Positions 1 to 16,843 of a stretch of 64,000 bases of DNA are shown one piece after another. How positions within the stretch are numbered: position 1 is the first letter of the stretch; each line of letters opens with the position of its first letter. Under the pieces are notes generated by a model. The model was given only the letters and a program-made list of their open reading frames with translations, had not been told where the DNA came from and did no database searches. Source of the DNA: the human T2T-CHM13v2.0 reference genome, Homo sapiens; NCBI RefSeq assembly GCF_009914755.1, contig NC_060934.1, one strand, 5' to 3'. A program made the position numbers and the translations under genes.

Positions 1-2157
1 AGAAAGGAAGGCTCACAAGCTTTATGGCTGTCCCAGCTCTTGCTGCATCTCTGGAATAAATGCCGTTTGAACTTAATTGCCCTACTGAAAAACACTGCTT
101 TTCAGTATACAACTTATTCTGCACTAATAGAAAAGGTTAACAGCTCCTTGCCAAAAAGCCAAGATTCATCTGCAACAACCCAGACTACAAGGCAATATAA
201 AACTTTTTTTCAATAGTCTTTTGCACTAATTTTTTTGGCATAATTAAAAGTTGTACACATTTTTCAACTGTTTTACCATCTAAGTTACCAAAACACAAAA
301 TGGCCAATGTAATTATCCGCCTACCAAAGTCCTGATTTTCAGTACTTCAAAATAAAACTCATTTCAAAATGTCAATAAAAACAGCACTACCCATTTAAAA
401 GAGACAGAAATAGTCCTTTTCCTAGTTAGTCTATGTAAATCTAAGAAACATTTGTCATCAGCTATCAAAAACAATGGCAGGACTTAAGGCACAATGTCCC
501 AAAACCAAAACTGACTATGAATTTTATTAAAGGTAAGTGATAAAGTCTCTTTTCCCACATAAAGAAAAAAGTAAAATTTGAAGTTCACATTTCAGATTCT
601 TAAATTACGCTCACAAGCTAAAAAAAAAAAAAAAAAAAAAAAAAAATCACGGGGTGTGTATTCACATTTCACATGAAGACAAAATATAGTTGAGGTTGTT
701 CACTTTCAGCTTCTTGAATATATCGTCTTAGGATACCGATTTTCTCCATAGAAACTTGATTCTAAAAATCCCTTTAAAATGTTTTTTAAATTAACTTCCA
801 ACGTTCCTGCTATGCAGACTGAATTCTTCATCTGATTATTTTAGGAAAAGACTAGCCTCATTCATAAGCTACGTCTAAACCTAAAAGGGGAAATACGTTT
901 CTAACCAGAACTTTAAAAAAAAAAAAAAAAAAGAGTAAAAAATTGATGAAAGAACGCTGCTGCCACGTCTTTGCCCCTCCCCCCTTCACGTAGTGGCTAT
1001 TTCATCCCCTCCGAGTGCATTCCAAGCGAAAGTCCGAGAACCACTGCTCTCGGAGAAACCAGAAACAGTTAAGTGGAAATTGGCAAGTCTCTTTGGCCTT
1101 TTAGATCAATTCCTAAAAGAGGATCTAGCTGCTTCTTCAACCCTTTCTTAAAGAAAACAGTGCAAAATTCCAAGAGTCTTCACTCTATCCGGAACGCGTA
1201 AGATGTTAGTGTCTAAACATTGAATTTGTATGTAACAGAGTCGATTATTTAGGAGAAAGAGTCTCACAGTTATCATACCATCCTTCCTCCCCATTGAAAC
1301 ATACATCCGGGGGCCAGCCATGTAATCCAACTCAAAATCCTCACACAACCATGGAATTTGTTGGACTGATGTGGACTTTTAAAAGCTGCAAATTCTCGGC
1401 AGAGAGAGACAGAGAGACAGAGATTGAGAGAAGAGCTCTTGTCTCTTTTTAAAAAAAGTTATGGGGAAGAAGAGGGAAGGAAGCTTCCCTGACGACGAGG
1501 TGACCTGAGAGCCTACTTCCTCGGCGCTACGAGCAGAAAGCTCGGCGCCCCGGGCTACGTCTGGCAGCTAATGCTGCACCGCTGCGCGCAACAGATGAGT
1601 TCAGCCGGAACTTTCTGGGGAGGTCCCCCCAGCTCCCGGCGACTTTCGATAGGGCAAAAATGCCTGGCGCGCTGCGGATCCAGCTCCAAGCCTTAAAATC
1701 CGCTCTCCACCGCCACATGCGAACCATCTGCGGCTGTGGCGGCCAAAAGCCCACGCCCCGCGCTTGCGTTCCCCTTAGCCTCGTTAGGGAGGACCAGGTG
1801 CAGGGGAACTTGGAAAAAAAAAAAAGCAACAGAGTGATTCCTCCCCGGGAAGGAAAATTCAAGAAAGTCCTGGTCCCTAGGGCGGGGACTGAGGCTGCAG
1901 CAGCCCCAGCGGTCCGAGGCGCACTAGGGACAGAGGTGGGAAGGGGGGCACGAAGGAGCGCGGGCGCCGGGAGTCGCGTGGCGCAGGGAGAGGGGCCGAG
2001 TCTCCCGAGGGGAAGGAACCGAGGCTGCTGTGGTAACCTGGGGAACCCCCGCCCCAGAAGTACCACCACAGCGGGAAGGAATGGATCGCCGCAGCCGTCC
2101 GAGAAGGTCCACGGCTGCCCAGTGGCCTCAGTCTCCGGGATCGAGGGAGCGTCTCAC

Positions 2158-2258
2158 CTGGAAAGTGGGACGAGAGGGCGGCGCGCTCTTCAGCCCCCAG
2201 TCGCCTCCACTCGGAGCGGCTACTTCCTACCCTCAGCCCGCTGGCGGCGCGACTGGGC
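2158..2258 (-). other. P4HA1: Non-coding first exon (5' UTR) of P4HA1; intron 1 runs off the left end of the window
   Basis: Minus-strand donor CAG|GTGAGA (intron starts at 2157). TSS inferred about 25-30 nt downstream of TATAAAA, so the 5' end is approximate. Confidence 0.7.
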
Positions 2259-2280
2259 AGCAGAGGGAGCCCGTTAGCCC

Positions 2281-2287
2281 TTTTATA
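2281..2287 (-). promoter_or_regulatory. TATA box (TATAAAA)
   Basis: Plus strand ttttata at 2281-2287 reads TATAAAA on the minus strand, within GC-rich sequence. Confidence 0.75.
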
Positions 2288-2338
2288 ACCTCTAGGCCGC
2301 GATGGCAGCGCCAGGGAGGAGGCGACTGCAGCCCTCGC

Positions 2339-2356
2339 TACGTGAGCTCGATCACA
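2339..2356 (+). promoter_or_regulatory. Hypoxia response element TACGTG with ancillary CAC 8 nt downstream
   Basis: TACGTG-agctcgat-CACA, about 50 bp upstream of the TATA box. P4HA1 is an established HIF-1 target. Confidence 0.7.
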
Positions 2357-2372
2357 CCAGCGCCCCGGCGAC

Positions 2373-2507
2373 TGCGCAGGCGCCAAGCCCGTGCCTCCCT
2401 GCTGCCCCCACCCGTGGCCGGCCCGTGGAGTCTGAGGCCGAGAGGAGTGGCTGGGACCGGCCGCCGTGGTGTGGGTAAGCGGGAGTGGGATGTAACGCGC
2501 CTGCGCA
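2373..2507. promoter_or_regulatory. Two inverted NRF1-like motifs
   Basis: TGCGCAGGCGC at 2373-2383 and GCGCCTGCGCA at 2497-2507. Confidence 0.55.
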
Positions 2508-2526
2508 GGGTTCTCGCCCCGCCACC

Positions 2527-2540
2527 GTTACCGTGGTTAC
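2527..2540. promoter_or_regulatory. RFX X-box-like motif
   Basis: GTTACCGTGGTTAC resembles GTTRCCATGGYAAC. Confidence 0.4.
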
Positions 2541-2809
2541 CACGGGGTTTCCCCCGCTCCTGTTCAGTTTGCCTCCTTGATTTCAGGGTCCGCGTCAGGC
2601 CTAAGCGACGAGGCCGCCGGCAATAAAGTATCTTAAAAATGAGAAGAGGAACGTGGGAGTGTAGAAAATAAAGCAGAATTTTTCTAGGGTGGAAAATAAT
2701 AGAGATTCAGTCTTGGTATCTCAGCTGTCTTGTTCCTCTCACATCTCAGCACTCATTTTATACTAATCGTGCTCTATCTCCTACCTTTATACCTTATCAG
2801 TAGATAATA

Positions 2810-3025
2810 GACTAAGAGCTCCAGGGTCAGGTTATCTCAATTCAAATCCTGCCTCAATCCTGTGTGTAACACTAGGCATTAACAACCTCTCCGTATCCGT
2901 TTACTCATCTGTAAAATAGAAATGACGGTACTACCCATCTTGTAAGATTCTTGTGAGAATAAAATGAGATAATGTATGTAAAGCACTTAACACATGCCTC
3001 ACACACAGAAATGACTTAGTAAATA
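2810..3025 (+). mobile_element. MIR SINE
   Basis: MIR core: ttcaaatcctgcctc...catctgtaaaatagaaat...tgtgagaataaaatgagataatgtatgtaaagcactta. Boundaries approximate. Confidence 0.7.
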
Positions 3026-4156
3026 TTAGATTCTCCAGTAACATTAATTTATATAAGGCACCCAATGTTGCGTTTGATCTTAGTCTAACATTTGCCTTAG
3101 TTATAAAGTAACCCCAAACCAAGGGTTTCTTTATATCTCCCTGTACTATGAGGGAGAATACAATGAAGAAGATAATTTTTTCCTTGTCAGTTAAAGAGAA
3201 AAATGAGTTGCTAAGACTTGTTATTCATTAAGAATTGTGGTTTCTAAAGTTTTCCATGTATGCTAAAAAGTATAGCAATAATTAACATTTGACTTACGCA
3301 GGAGGTGAGTGATTATATAGCTACAGAAAGAGAGAGAGGGTACTCTGGGAGCACTAGGCAACTAAAAAGTAGATATAATGATGTCTAAATCAATGGTTCT
3401 GAAAGCGTAGTCAGGGAATCCATAAGGTCAAAATTATTTTCATACTAAGACTTTATTTTCATACTAAGACTTACTGCCTTTTTCACTCTAATAACAATAC
3501 AGTGAGGTCTTCCAGAGACTACATGCCTGTGATACAGATGGAACGCAGACACAGATATGAGAATCTTCTATTAGCCCAGACACTGAAGAGATTTGCAGAA
3601 ATGTAAAATAATGCCACTCTTCTCACTAAATTATTTTGCTTTGGAAAATAGTTATTTTTCATTAAAAATATGTTATTAGGCCAAATGAAGTGGCTCACAC
3701 CTGTAATCCCAGCACTTTGGGAGGCCGAGGCGGGAAGATCACCTGAGCCCAGGAGTTCGAAATCAGCCTGGGCAACATGGCCAGACCCTCTCTCAAAAAA
3801 AAAGTTATTTATGTTATGTTAACATGTAACAGGTTTATTATTGTTGTTTTAAATGAATAAATATTTTATATGTTTGTTTTAATTCCTAATATAGTAAATG
3901 TTGATAAATATGATCCACATAAAAGCTTTTTGGAGTCCTCAATACTTTTTAGGAGTATAAAGTAATTATAAGACCAAAGAGGCAGGGCGTGCGGTGGCTC
4001 ACACCTGTAATCCCTGCACTTTGCGAGGCCAAGGCAGACGGATCACAAGGTCAGGAGATCAAGACCATCCTGGCCAACATGGTGAAACCCTGTCTCTACT
4101 AAAAATGCAAAAATTAGCTGGGCATGGTGGCAAACACCTGTAATCCCAGCTACTCA

Positions 4157-4348
<192 letters not shown>

Positions 4349-5990
4349 TTACTCAGTAATTAAAATGGCCGTAGACTCTGAAGCAGATTTACTGTGAAGC
4401 TAAGGAGGCTTCAGCTTCAGGTGCCCTCATTTACACTAGCCCTTTCCAAGTCCCTGGAAGGGTCCCTAGTAATATGTTCACACTGTCCTATGCTTCTGTA
4501 AAATTTATAAAAGTAATGTATTTTAAACTGCAATCTTTAGTCCTTAGTGACTTCCCTCCACCATGTTTCCCTTTGTCTAGTGTTGGAGTGGCAAGCAAAC
4601 ATTTTTGAAATTTAGCTAAAGGGAAGTTGAGTTAGGAATACATTTGGTTTGAATTTACTGGGATATATTTTTATAACCCACAGTCACTTCCATGTGTAGT
4701 TAAGATATTGCCAGCTGTCCCAGTGGCTTCCAAGAATACTCCAATTGCCCGTTGTGCTGATCCACCCAGCATTGCAAAACAAAGGTGCAGGGCCAGAACT
4801 CTTGAAGTTATTTTAATGTGTCCAATGTTCTAGCATCAAAAACTATGTGAATAGTAGAAGAGAAGCAGGGTTGAAATTTTGGGAACCTGAAGCTAATCTG
4901 TGGGAAATTATTCCAATTATTGGATGTGTAAAATTGTAAAGATTTAGCATTCATCAATACCTAGCCAAAAAAGTGTTGTTTTTTTCTTAGAGACAGGGTT
5001 TCACTCTGTCACCCAGGCTGGAGTGGAGTTGCATGATCATAGCTCACCGTAACCTCCAACTACTGCGCTCCAGCGATCCTCCCACCTCCCAAGTAGCTGG
5101 GACTACAGGCCTGCACGACCATGTCCGGGTTTTCTGTAGGATTTTGTTTTGTTTGCAGAGACAGGTCTCACCATGTGTCCAGGCTGGTCTTGAACTCCTG
5201 GGTTCAAGCAATCCTCCCACCTAGGCCTCCCAAAGTGCTGCAATAACAGTCATGAGCTGTGGGGCCCTGCCCAAAAAAGAAATTTATATTTTTTTCTCAG
5301 AACTTGATGAGGACATCCACAACAAACTAAAGAGTGTCATTAGTTTAAAGAAATCTGATGGGTCCTGAACTCTTTTTAAGTCATATATTAAATAATCTTT
5401 TGGAAGCCGGATGTGGTGGCTCTCCCAGGTAATTGCAGAACTTTGGGAGGCCCAGGTGGGAGGATCTATTAAGGCCAGAAGTTTGAGACCAGCCAGGGCA
5501 AGATGGTGAGACCTTACCTCTACAAAAAAAGTTTTTTTAATTAGCTGGGTGTGGTGATATGTGTCTGTAGTCCCAGCTATTCAGGAGGCTGAGGCTAGAG
5601 GATCAGGATATAGGATGCAGCAAGCTGTGGTCTCACTACTGCACTCCAGCCTGGGCAACAGAAAGAGATCCTGTGTCTAAATAAATAAATAGCTTATTGG
5701 AGATTTTTCAAAACTGGACAACAAGCCTAATAATTTATATGACATTACCAACAATGAGTTGTGAACTTTAATCAATCACATATGCTATGTGAATTAGAAG
5801 AGAAAGAGAGTCTAGGTTAGTAATTCAAGATTCATAGAATAAATATTTATAGAACACCTACCTTCTGTGTCCAAGACACTGCCTACTGAGCTGTGGAAGA
5901 TCAAACTTTAATTAGACAATCTCTGCTTTTAAGGAGCTTATAATCTTTGTTGAAAAGAATTAAAACCTGCACTGTGGCAATAGAAATTCA

Positions 5991-6536
<546 letters not shown>

Positions 6537-6549
6537 TCACCTGAGGTCA

Positions 6550-7174
<625 letters not shown>

Positions 7175-7207
7175 TCAGCACTTTGGGAGGCCAAGGCGGG
7201 CAGATCA

Positions 7208-7453
<246 letters not shown>

Positions 7454-7637
7454 TCATCAGGGTGCTCTGGGAAAGAAGAAGGCGAGGGACATGGCTTAGA
7501 TTGATATCACAAGAAAAGTATCACTATAGAAATGACATTTAAACTGAGAACTGAGTTAGCTAGATGAAGTGTGTGAATAAGAACATTTAGAGAGAGAGAA
7601 TATTACTGTGTGTCTTTATATGTGAGGTCCATGTAGC

Positions 7638-7638
<1 letters not shown>

Positions 7639-7682
<44 letters not shown>
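7639..7682. repeat. (AC)n microsatellite, about 22 units
   Basis: Uninterrupted dinucleotide run. Confidence 0.95.
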
Positions 7683-7684
<2 letters not shown>

Positions 7685-7721
7685 CTTGGTGCATTTGAGG
7701 AGCTAAAGAAATTCAATGTGG

Positions 7722-8158
<437 letters not shown>

Positions 8159-8465
8159 TTAAGCAATGGAGTAACCTTATGTTATTTACCTTTAACAGAG
8201 GAAAAACTCAGTGTAAGAGGATGGGTTTACCTGTGAATGCCAAGTCAGCAGACATGTGGACGGGCCTTGGGAGTAGAAGTGATAGAGACTTCTTCCTTGC
8301 TTATGAATAGGGACATGACAATCAAGACATAAGGGATTCTAGAATGTAGCTGAAACTGGAAATGACTCTAGTCACTAACATGCTGGCACTTTGGCATTGT
8401 GGGAAATGGCTGCAGTGAGGTAGTCAGACCACCTGCGTCAAGTAGCCTCAACGGGGATGCTCACT

Positions 8466-8570
8466 GTGGTAGGCAGAATAATGGCCCCTCAAAAAGGTCC
8501 ACATCCTAATTTCGAAAACCTGTGAATATGTTACCGTACACGGCAAAAGAACTTTGCAGATGTAATTAAA
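8466..8570 (+). mobile_element. MLT1 (MaLR) LTR 5' fragment
   Basis: tgtggtaggcagaataatggcccc...gaatatgttacc...ggcaaaagaactttgcagatgtaattaa resembles an MLT1D-type start. Confidence 0.7.
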
Positions 8571-8755
8571 ACTGGCAAAATAATGGTATCAACAACCAAA
8601 ATAAGAATACTGGGGCTAAGCACAGTGGCTCATGCCTGTAACACCAGCGGTTTGGGAGACCAAGGTAGGAGGATCACTTGAGCCTAGGAATTTGAGACCA
8701 GCCTTAGCAACGTGGCAAGACTCTGTCTCTAAAAAAAAAAAAGAAAAATTATCTA

Positions 8756-10012
<1,257 letters not shown>

Positions 10013-10367
10013 TCCAATTCTTCTCCACTTTCTGTATTCATGTCTGTGTAGTAAAAAATAAACCTTGCCCCAACAGGTATATAAAAATATGCTCAACATC
10101 ATTATCATCAGAGAAATGCACATCAAAACTACGAGATATCAACTCACCCCAGTTAAAATAGCTTTTATCCAAAATGCAGTCAATAATGAATGCTGGCGAA
10201 GATATGGAGAAAGGAGAATTCTCATACACCGTTGGTAGGAATGTAAATTAGTACAGCCACTATGGAGAACAGGATGAAGGTTCCCCAAAAAACTAAAAAT
10301 AGGACTATCATCTTAATATAATCCAGCAATCCTACTGCTGGGTATTAACCCAAAAGAAAACAAATCA

Positions 10368-11298
<931 letters not shown>

Positions 11299-11329
11299 TC
11301 CCACAAAAAACAAAATCCTGTTTCCATGA

Positions 11330-12420
11330 GCAGTTACTCCTCATTATCTTTGAACACTATCCTCATCCCCATCCCTAGGCACTTTTTGTCTTACAGATTT
11401 GCCTATTCTGAATATTTCACATAAGTGCAATCACAACCCTAGGTATATTTCATATAAATTGCCCCCATTCCTAGGCAGCCACTAATCTGCTTTCTGTCTC
11501 TATAGATTTGCCTGTTATGAACATTTCGTAGGAATACAATATGTACTCTTTTGTGACTGGATTATTTCACTTAGCATAATGTTTTCAAGCTTTATCCATA
11601 TTGTAGTATATATAATTCCTCTTTGTTGCCAGAAATATGTCATTGCATGGTTGGATATGCCACATTTTGCTTCTCCATTTATCAGTTGATAGTCACTTGG
11701 GTTGTTTGTACTTTTTTTGAATATTGTGAATAATGCTTCACAAAAATTAATTTACAAGTTTTTGTGGACATTTGTTTTCAATTCTCTTGGGAATATAAAT
11801 CCAGGAGTTAAATTGCTGGGTCATTTGGTAACTCTATATTTAACTTTACGAGGAACCACCAAACTGTTTTCAAAAGCGGCAGCACCATTTACAATTTTAC
11901 CAGCTGTGTATGAGGATTCCAATTCCACCACATCCTCACCACTCCTTGTCATTATCTGCATTTTGATTGTAGCTATCCTATTGGGTATAAAATGATATCT
12001 CATTATGATTTTGATTTGCATTTCCCATGCAAATCTTTTCATGTGCTTATGGGTCATTTTTCTATCTTCCTTGAAGACGTATCTATTCAGATTCTTTGCT
12101 CATTTTAAAATTTGGTTGTTTATCTTTTTATTACTGTGTTATTTAAGTGTTCTTTATATATTCCAGATAGAAGTCCCTTATCAGATACATGTCTTGCAAT
12201 AATTTTTCCCAATTCTGTGAGTTATCTTTCTATATTCTTCATGATATTGTTTGTAGCACAAAAGTTCTTAAAATTTTGATGTCTTATTTTTTCCTTTGTT
12301 GCTTATGCAAAAAAAGCCAGATGAGATTTTAATAGAAATTGCATTGAATCTGTAGATCAATTTGGGGAATATGCCATTTTAACCAAATTAGGCCTTCCAA
12401 TTTATGAACATGGGATTCTT
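11330..12420 (-). mobile_element. Old L1 (L1M) 3' fragment
   Basis: Degenerate antisense L1 ORF2 end and 3' UTR motifs. The minus-strand ORF at 11821-12057 resembles the L1 ORF2 C-terminus. Confidence 0.75.
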
Positions 12421-12544
12421 TCAATCCTTCCAATATTTTCCAATATTTATGTTCAACTTCTCTACCTCACACCCAGTCAGAGATACAATCCAGGTCTATA
12501 GTATGGTGGTCAAAAGTACAGATTCTTTCTTAAGACAGATTTAG

Positions 12545-12923
<379 letters not shown>

Positions 12924-13422
12924 TCATCTGTAACGTGCAATTTTTTTTTTTTTAGACAGGGTGTCTCTGTCACCAAGCTGGATGGAGTGCAGCATCATGA
13001 TCTCGGCTCACTCCTGGGCTCAAGCAGTCCTCCTATCTCAGCCTCCTGAGTAGCTGGGACCGCAGGTGCATGCCACCATGCCCAGCTAATTTTCGTATTT
13101 TTTGTAGAGATGGTGTTTTGTCATGTTGCTCAGGCTGGTTTCTTGAACTCCTGAACTCAAGCAATCTTCCCACCTCAGTCCCCAAAGTGCTGGGATTACA
13201 GGCGTGTGCCACCACACGTAGCCTAAAGTACAAATTTTAATACAGATTTCATAGGATGTGAGGATTAATGACAAATATGTGGGACACTTAGCATAGTGCC
13301 TGGAACACAGCAAATGCTCAGTCTGAGCTATTTTTATTATTATAGCACTTAACAATTACTACAAAAAGTTATTTTGACTTTTTAAATTATTAGAGCCCCA
13401 ATTTCCCCCTAAGCATCCTTAG

Positions 13423-13986
<564 letters not shown>

Positions 13987-14576
13987 TAAAATAGCAAAAT
14001 AATCCCTCTACTTATCTTGCTTTATTTTTCTTCTTAAGCTTTATAACCACGACACATTGTATATTTACTCGTTTGTTTCCCCTTCTAGAATGTAAGTTAC
14101 ATGAGGACAGAGATTTTCATGTTTTGTTCCCTGCTGTATCCTATCCCTATAACAGTCCTAGGCACATTGGGTACTCATTAAATACATGTTGAATGAGTGG
14201 ACTTCTTCTCTTGGCTGGGTGCGGTGGCTCACGCCTGTAATCCCAGCACTTTGGAAGGCTGAGGCGAGTGGATCACTTGAGGTCAGAAGTTTAAGACAGC
14301 CTGGTCAACATGGCGAAACCCTGGCTTTACTAAAAATACAAAAATTAGCCAGGCATGGTGGTGTGCACCTGTTATCCCAGCTGCTCGGGAGGCTGAAGCA
14401 GGAGAATCACTTGACTCCGGAGGAGGAGGTTTCAGTAAGCCAAGATTGTACGTACCACTGCTCTCCAACCTGAGCGACAGAGCAACTCCATCTCAAAAAA
14501 AAAAAAAGTGTCTTCTCTCATAGGCAAGTAACTTCAGTAGTAAAACGAGAAGAGAGCAGCACCAAAGTAGCTCTGC

Positions 14577-15370
14577 TGAGAGGTGAAGCCAGCTGGACTT
14601 CCTGGGTGGAGTGGGGACTTGGTGAACTTTTCTGTCTAGTTAGAGAATTGTAAATGCACCAATCAGCACACTGTAAAAATGCACCAATCAGCACTCTGTG
14701 TCCAGCTAAAGGATTGTAAACACACCAATCAGCACTCTGTAAAAATGCACCAATCAGCGCTCTGTGTCTAGGTAAAGGATTGTAAACGCACCAATCAGCA
14801 CTCTGTTTCCAGCTAAAGGATTGTAAACACACCAATCAGCACTCTGTAAAAATGCACCAATCAGTGCTCTGTGTCTAGCTAAAGGATTGTAAACACACCA
14901 ATCAGCACTCTGTGTCTAGCTAAAGGATTGTAAATGCACCAATCAGCACTGTGTCTAGCTAAAGGATTGTAAACGCACCAATCAGCACTCTGTAAAAACG
15001 CACCAATCAGCACTCTGTGTCTAGCTAAAGGATTGTAAATGCACAAATCAGCACTCTGTCAAATGGACCAATCAGCACTCCATAAAATGGACCAATCAGT
15101 GCTCTGTAAAATGGACCATTCAGCAGGATGTGGGCAGGGACAAATAAGGGAATAAAAGCTGGCACCCCCAACAGCAGCGGCAACCTACTCGGGTCCCCTT
15201 CCACGCTGTGGAAGCTTTGTTCTCTCGCTCTTCACAATAAATCTTGCTGCTGCTCACTCTTTGGGTTCGTGCCACCTTTAAGAGCTATAACACTCACCGA
15301 AAGCTCCACGGCTTCATTCTTGAAGTCAGCAAGACCAAGAACCCACTGGAAGGAACCAACTCCGGACACA
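14577..15370 (+). mobile_element. LTR12 (ERV9) family solo LTR, 794 bp
   Basis: TG...CA termini (tgagaggtgaagccagctgg ... aactccggacaca). Tandem U3 repeats with 13 intact CCAAT boxes. TATA-like AATAAAA at 15151, polyA AATAAA at 15236. 4-bp TSD ctgc/cttc (1 mismatch). Confidence 0.92.
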
Positions 15371-15781
15371 CTTCTAGGAGACTACTTCCAGTCAAATGGA
15401 ATGCGCTTCCTCTGATCAAGAAATGAATCCTACCATAAGTTCAAACATATCTATACATACCTATACAGAGTCCCATCCTTTTAAATTGGAAGAACTTCAT
15501 GAAATTTTAGAGCTAGTTCTAAAGTGTGCAGAGAGAGAACTAGAGATATACTAAGGTTAAAAGGTATTTGATTCCCACCCCTGCTTCATCCTCTCCCCAG
15601 CCTCATAATATATGCCTTCTGTGTATGAGGGTGGACTTAATGACTTTATCTTTTTTTAATTAAAAAATGGATCTAATACTAACCTACTTTCTCCAAGGAT
15701 ACAGTAGTTCTCTTGGTAATAAGATCTTAGATGTTCATGCTTTTGACAATCATGGTTAACTTGCAGCTGGAGAACACAGCA

Positions 15782-15880
15782 GCATGCCTGGGAACTGAAC
15801 TACAATTCCCAGAGTGCATCTCTAGGAGGATTCTGGGAAGTGTGGCAGAAGCAGCAATGGTCCCTCCAGGGAACGGAAGC
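15782..15880 (+). promoter_or_regulatory. NUDT13: NUDT13 core promoter: clustered ZNF143-type SBS motifs plus ETS site
   Basis: ACTACAATTCCCAGAGTGCA at 15799-15818, flanked by two inverted degenerate copies (gcatgcctgggaactg; ggattctgggaagtgtggc). CGGAAG at 15874. Confidence 0.7.
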
Positions 15881-15959
15881 CGTTGAACGTGAACATTTGG
15901 AGTTTCCTCTTTTGTGCTGATTCCTGAGGACTAGGAAGGTGCCCCGAAAAGAATTCAGA
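15850..15959 (+). other. NUDT13: NUDT13 non-coding exon 1 (start approximate)
   Basis: Donor AGA|GTGAGT at 15959/15960 immediately downstream of the promoter motifs. Confidence 0.65.
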
Positions 15960-16749
15960 GTGAGTACAGTGAAACAGAAACCTGCTCAGCTTCTAAGTGC
16001 AGGAAGGACTTCACAGGGAGGCATGATCAGAACTTGAAAAAAGGTCGTGGTCACAGCATTTTAACATTTTAGCTTAATCTCTTCCTTTTTGCAGAAACCA
16101 GGGATATAACCATAGTTTTGCCTCATAACTGTGGAGCTACATCAGTAACCACAGCTCATCATTTTCTGATACTTTTTTGGAGAGTCATTTAAAAATGGAA
16201 CTTGCCAACCTCTCACATTGTGCCTTAATTTTTATTTTTTTTTAAAGGAGGGAAAATTATTTTTTAGAAAGCAAACTATAAAGCAGGTCAGTGAGACCTT
16301 CAAAGCTGTATTCCCGTGGTTCCTCAGTTTTCCATATTTCCCTGTCCCATGGAGGTCCACAGTCGTGGAGAAACGGACTCTAAACACAGGCGAAGTATCA
16401 CTTGGTCGCCCAGGCTGGAGTGCAGTGACACGATCTCCACTCACTGCAAGCTCCGCCTCCTGGGTTCATGCCATTCTCCTGCCTCATACTCCCTAGTAGC
16501 TGGGACTACAGGCGCCCGCCACCACGCCCAGCCACTTTTTTTTGTATTTTTAACAGAGACGGGGTTTCACCGTGTTAGCCAGGATGGTCTCGATCTCCTG
16601 ACCTCGTGATCCGCCCACCTCGGCCTCCCAAAGTGCTGGGATTACAGACGTGAGCCACCGCGCCCGGCCTAAAAAAAGGTCTCTTAAATACTAGGGAACC
16701 TGGCCTCTTCACGGTGGAAGTAACCACTAGATTCAAGATGGGCTTTTTT

Positions 16750-16843
16750 TGTTTTGTCTTGTTTTGTTTTGTTTTTTTGTTTTGAGACGGAGTCTCGCTC
16801 TGTCGCCCAGGCTGGAGTGCAGTGGCGCGATCTCGGCTCACTA
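16750..16843 (-). mobile_element. Severely 5'-truncated young Alu (about 60 bp plus tail) with 16-bp TSD
   Basis: TSD caagatgggctttttt at 16734-16749 and 16844-16859; all CpGs intact. Confidence 0.85.

Larger units (their letters stand above)
1480..2625. promoter_or_regulatory. P4HA1: CpG island / promoter of P4HA1 (minus strand)
   Basis: GC- and CpG-rich block in an AT-rich background. Contains a minus-strand TATA box, an HRE, two NRF1-like sites and a splice donor. Gene name rests on the recalled order P4HA1-NUDT13-ECD; no P4HA1 coding sequence is in the window. Confidence 0.8.

Noticed and set aside
1527-2626. Overlapping 170-205 aa ORFs on both strands
   Set aside because: Typical stop-poor GC-rich CpG-island ORFs with low-complexity R/G/A/P composition and no recognisable domain.
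14640-15125. Regularly spaced repeats that look superficially like a CRISPR array
   Set aside because: There are no unique spacers. These are the U3 tandem CCAAT repeats of an LTR12 in a eukaryotic genome.
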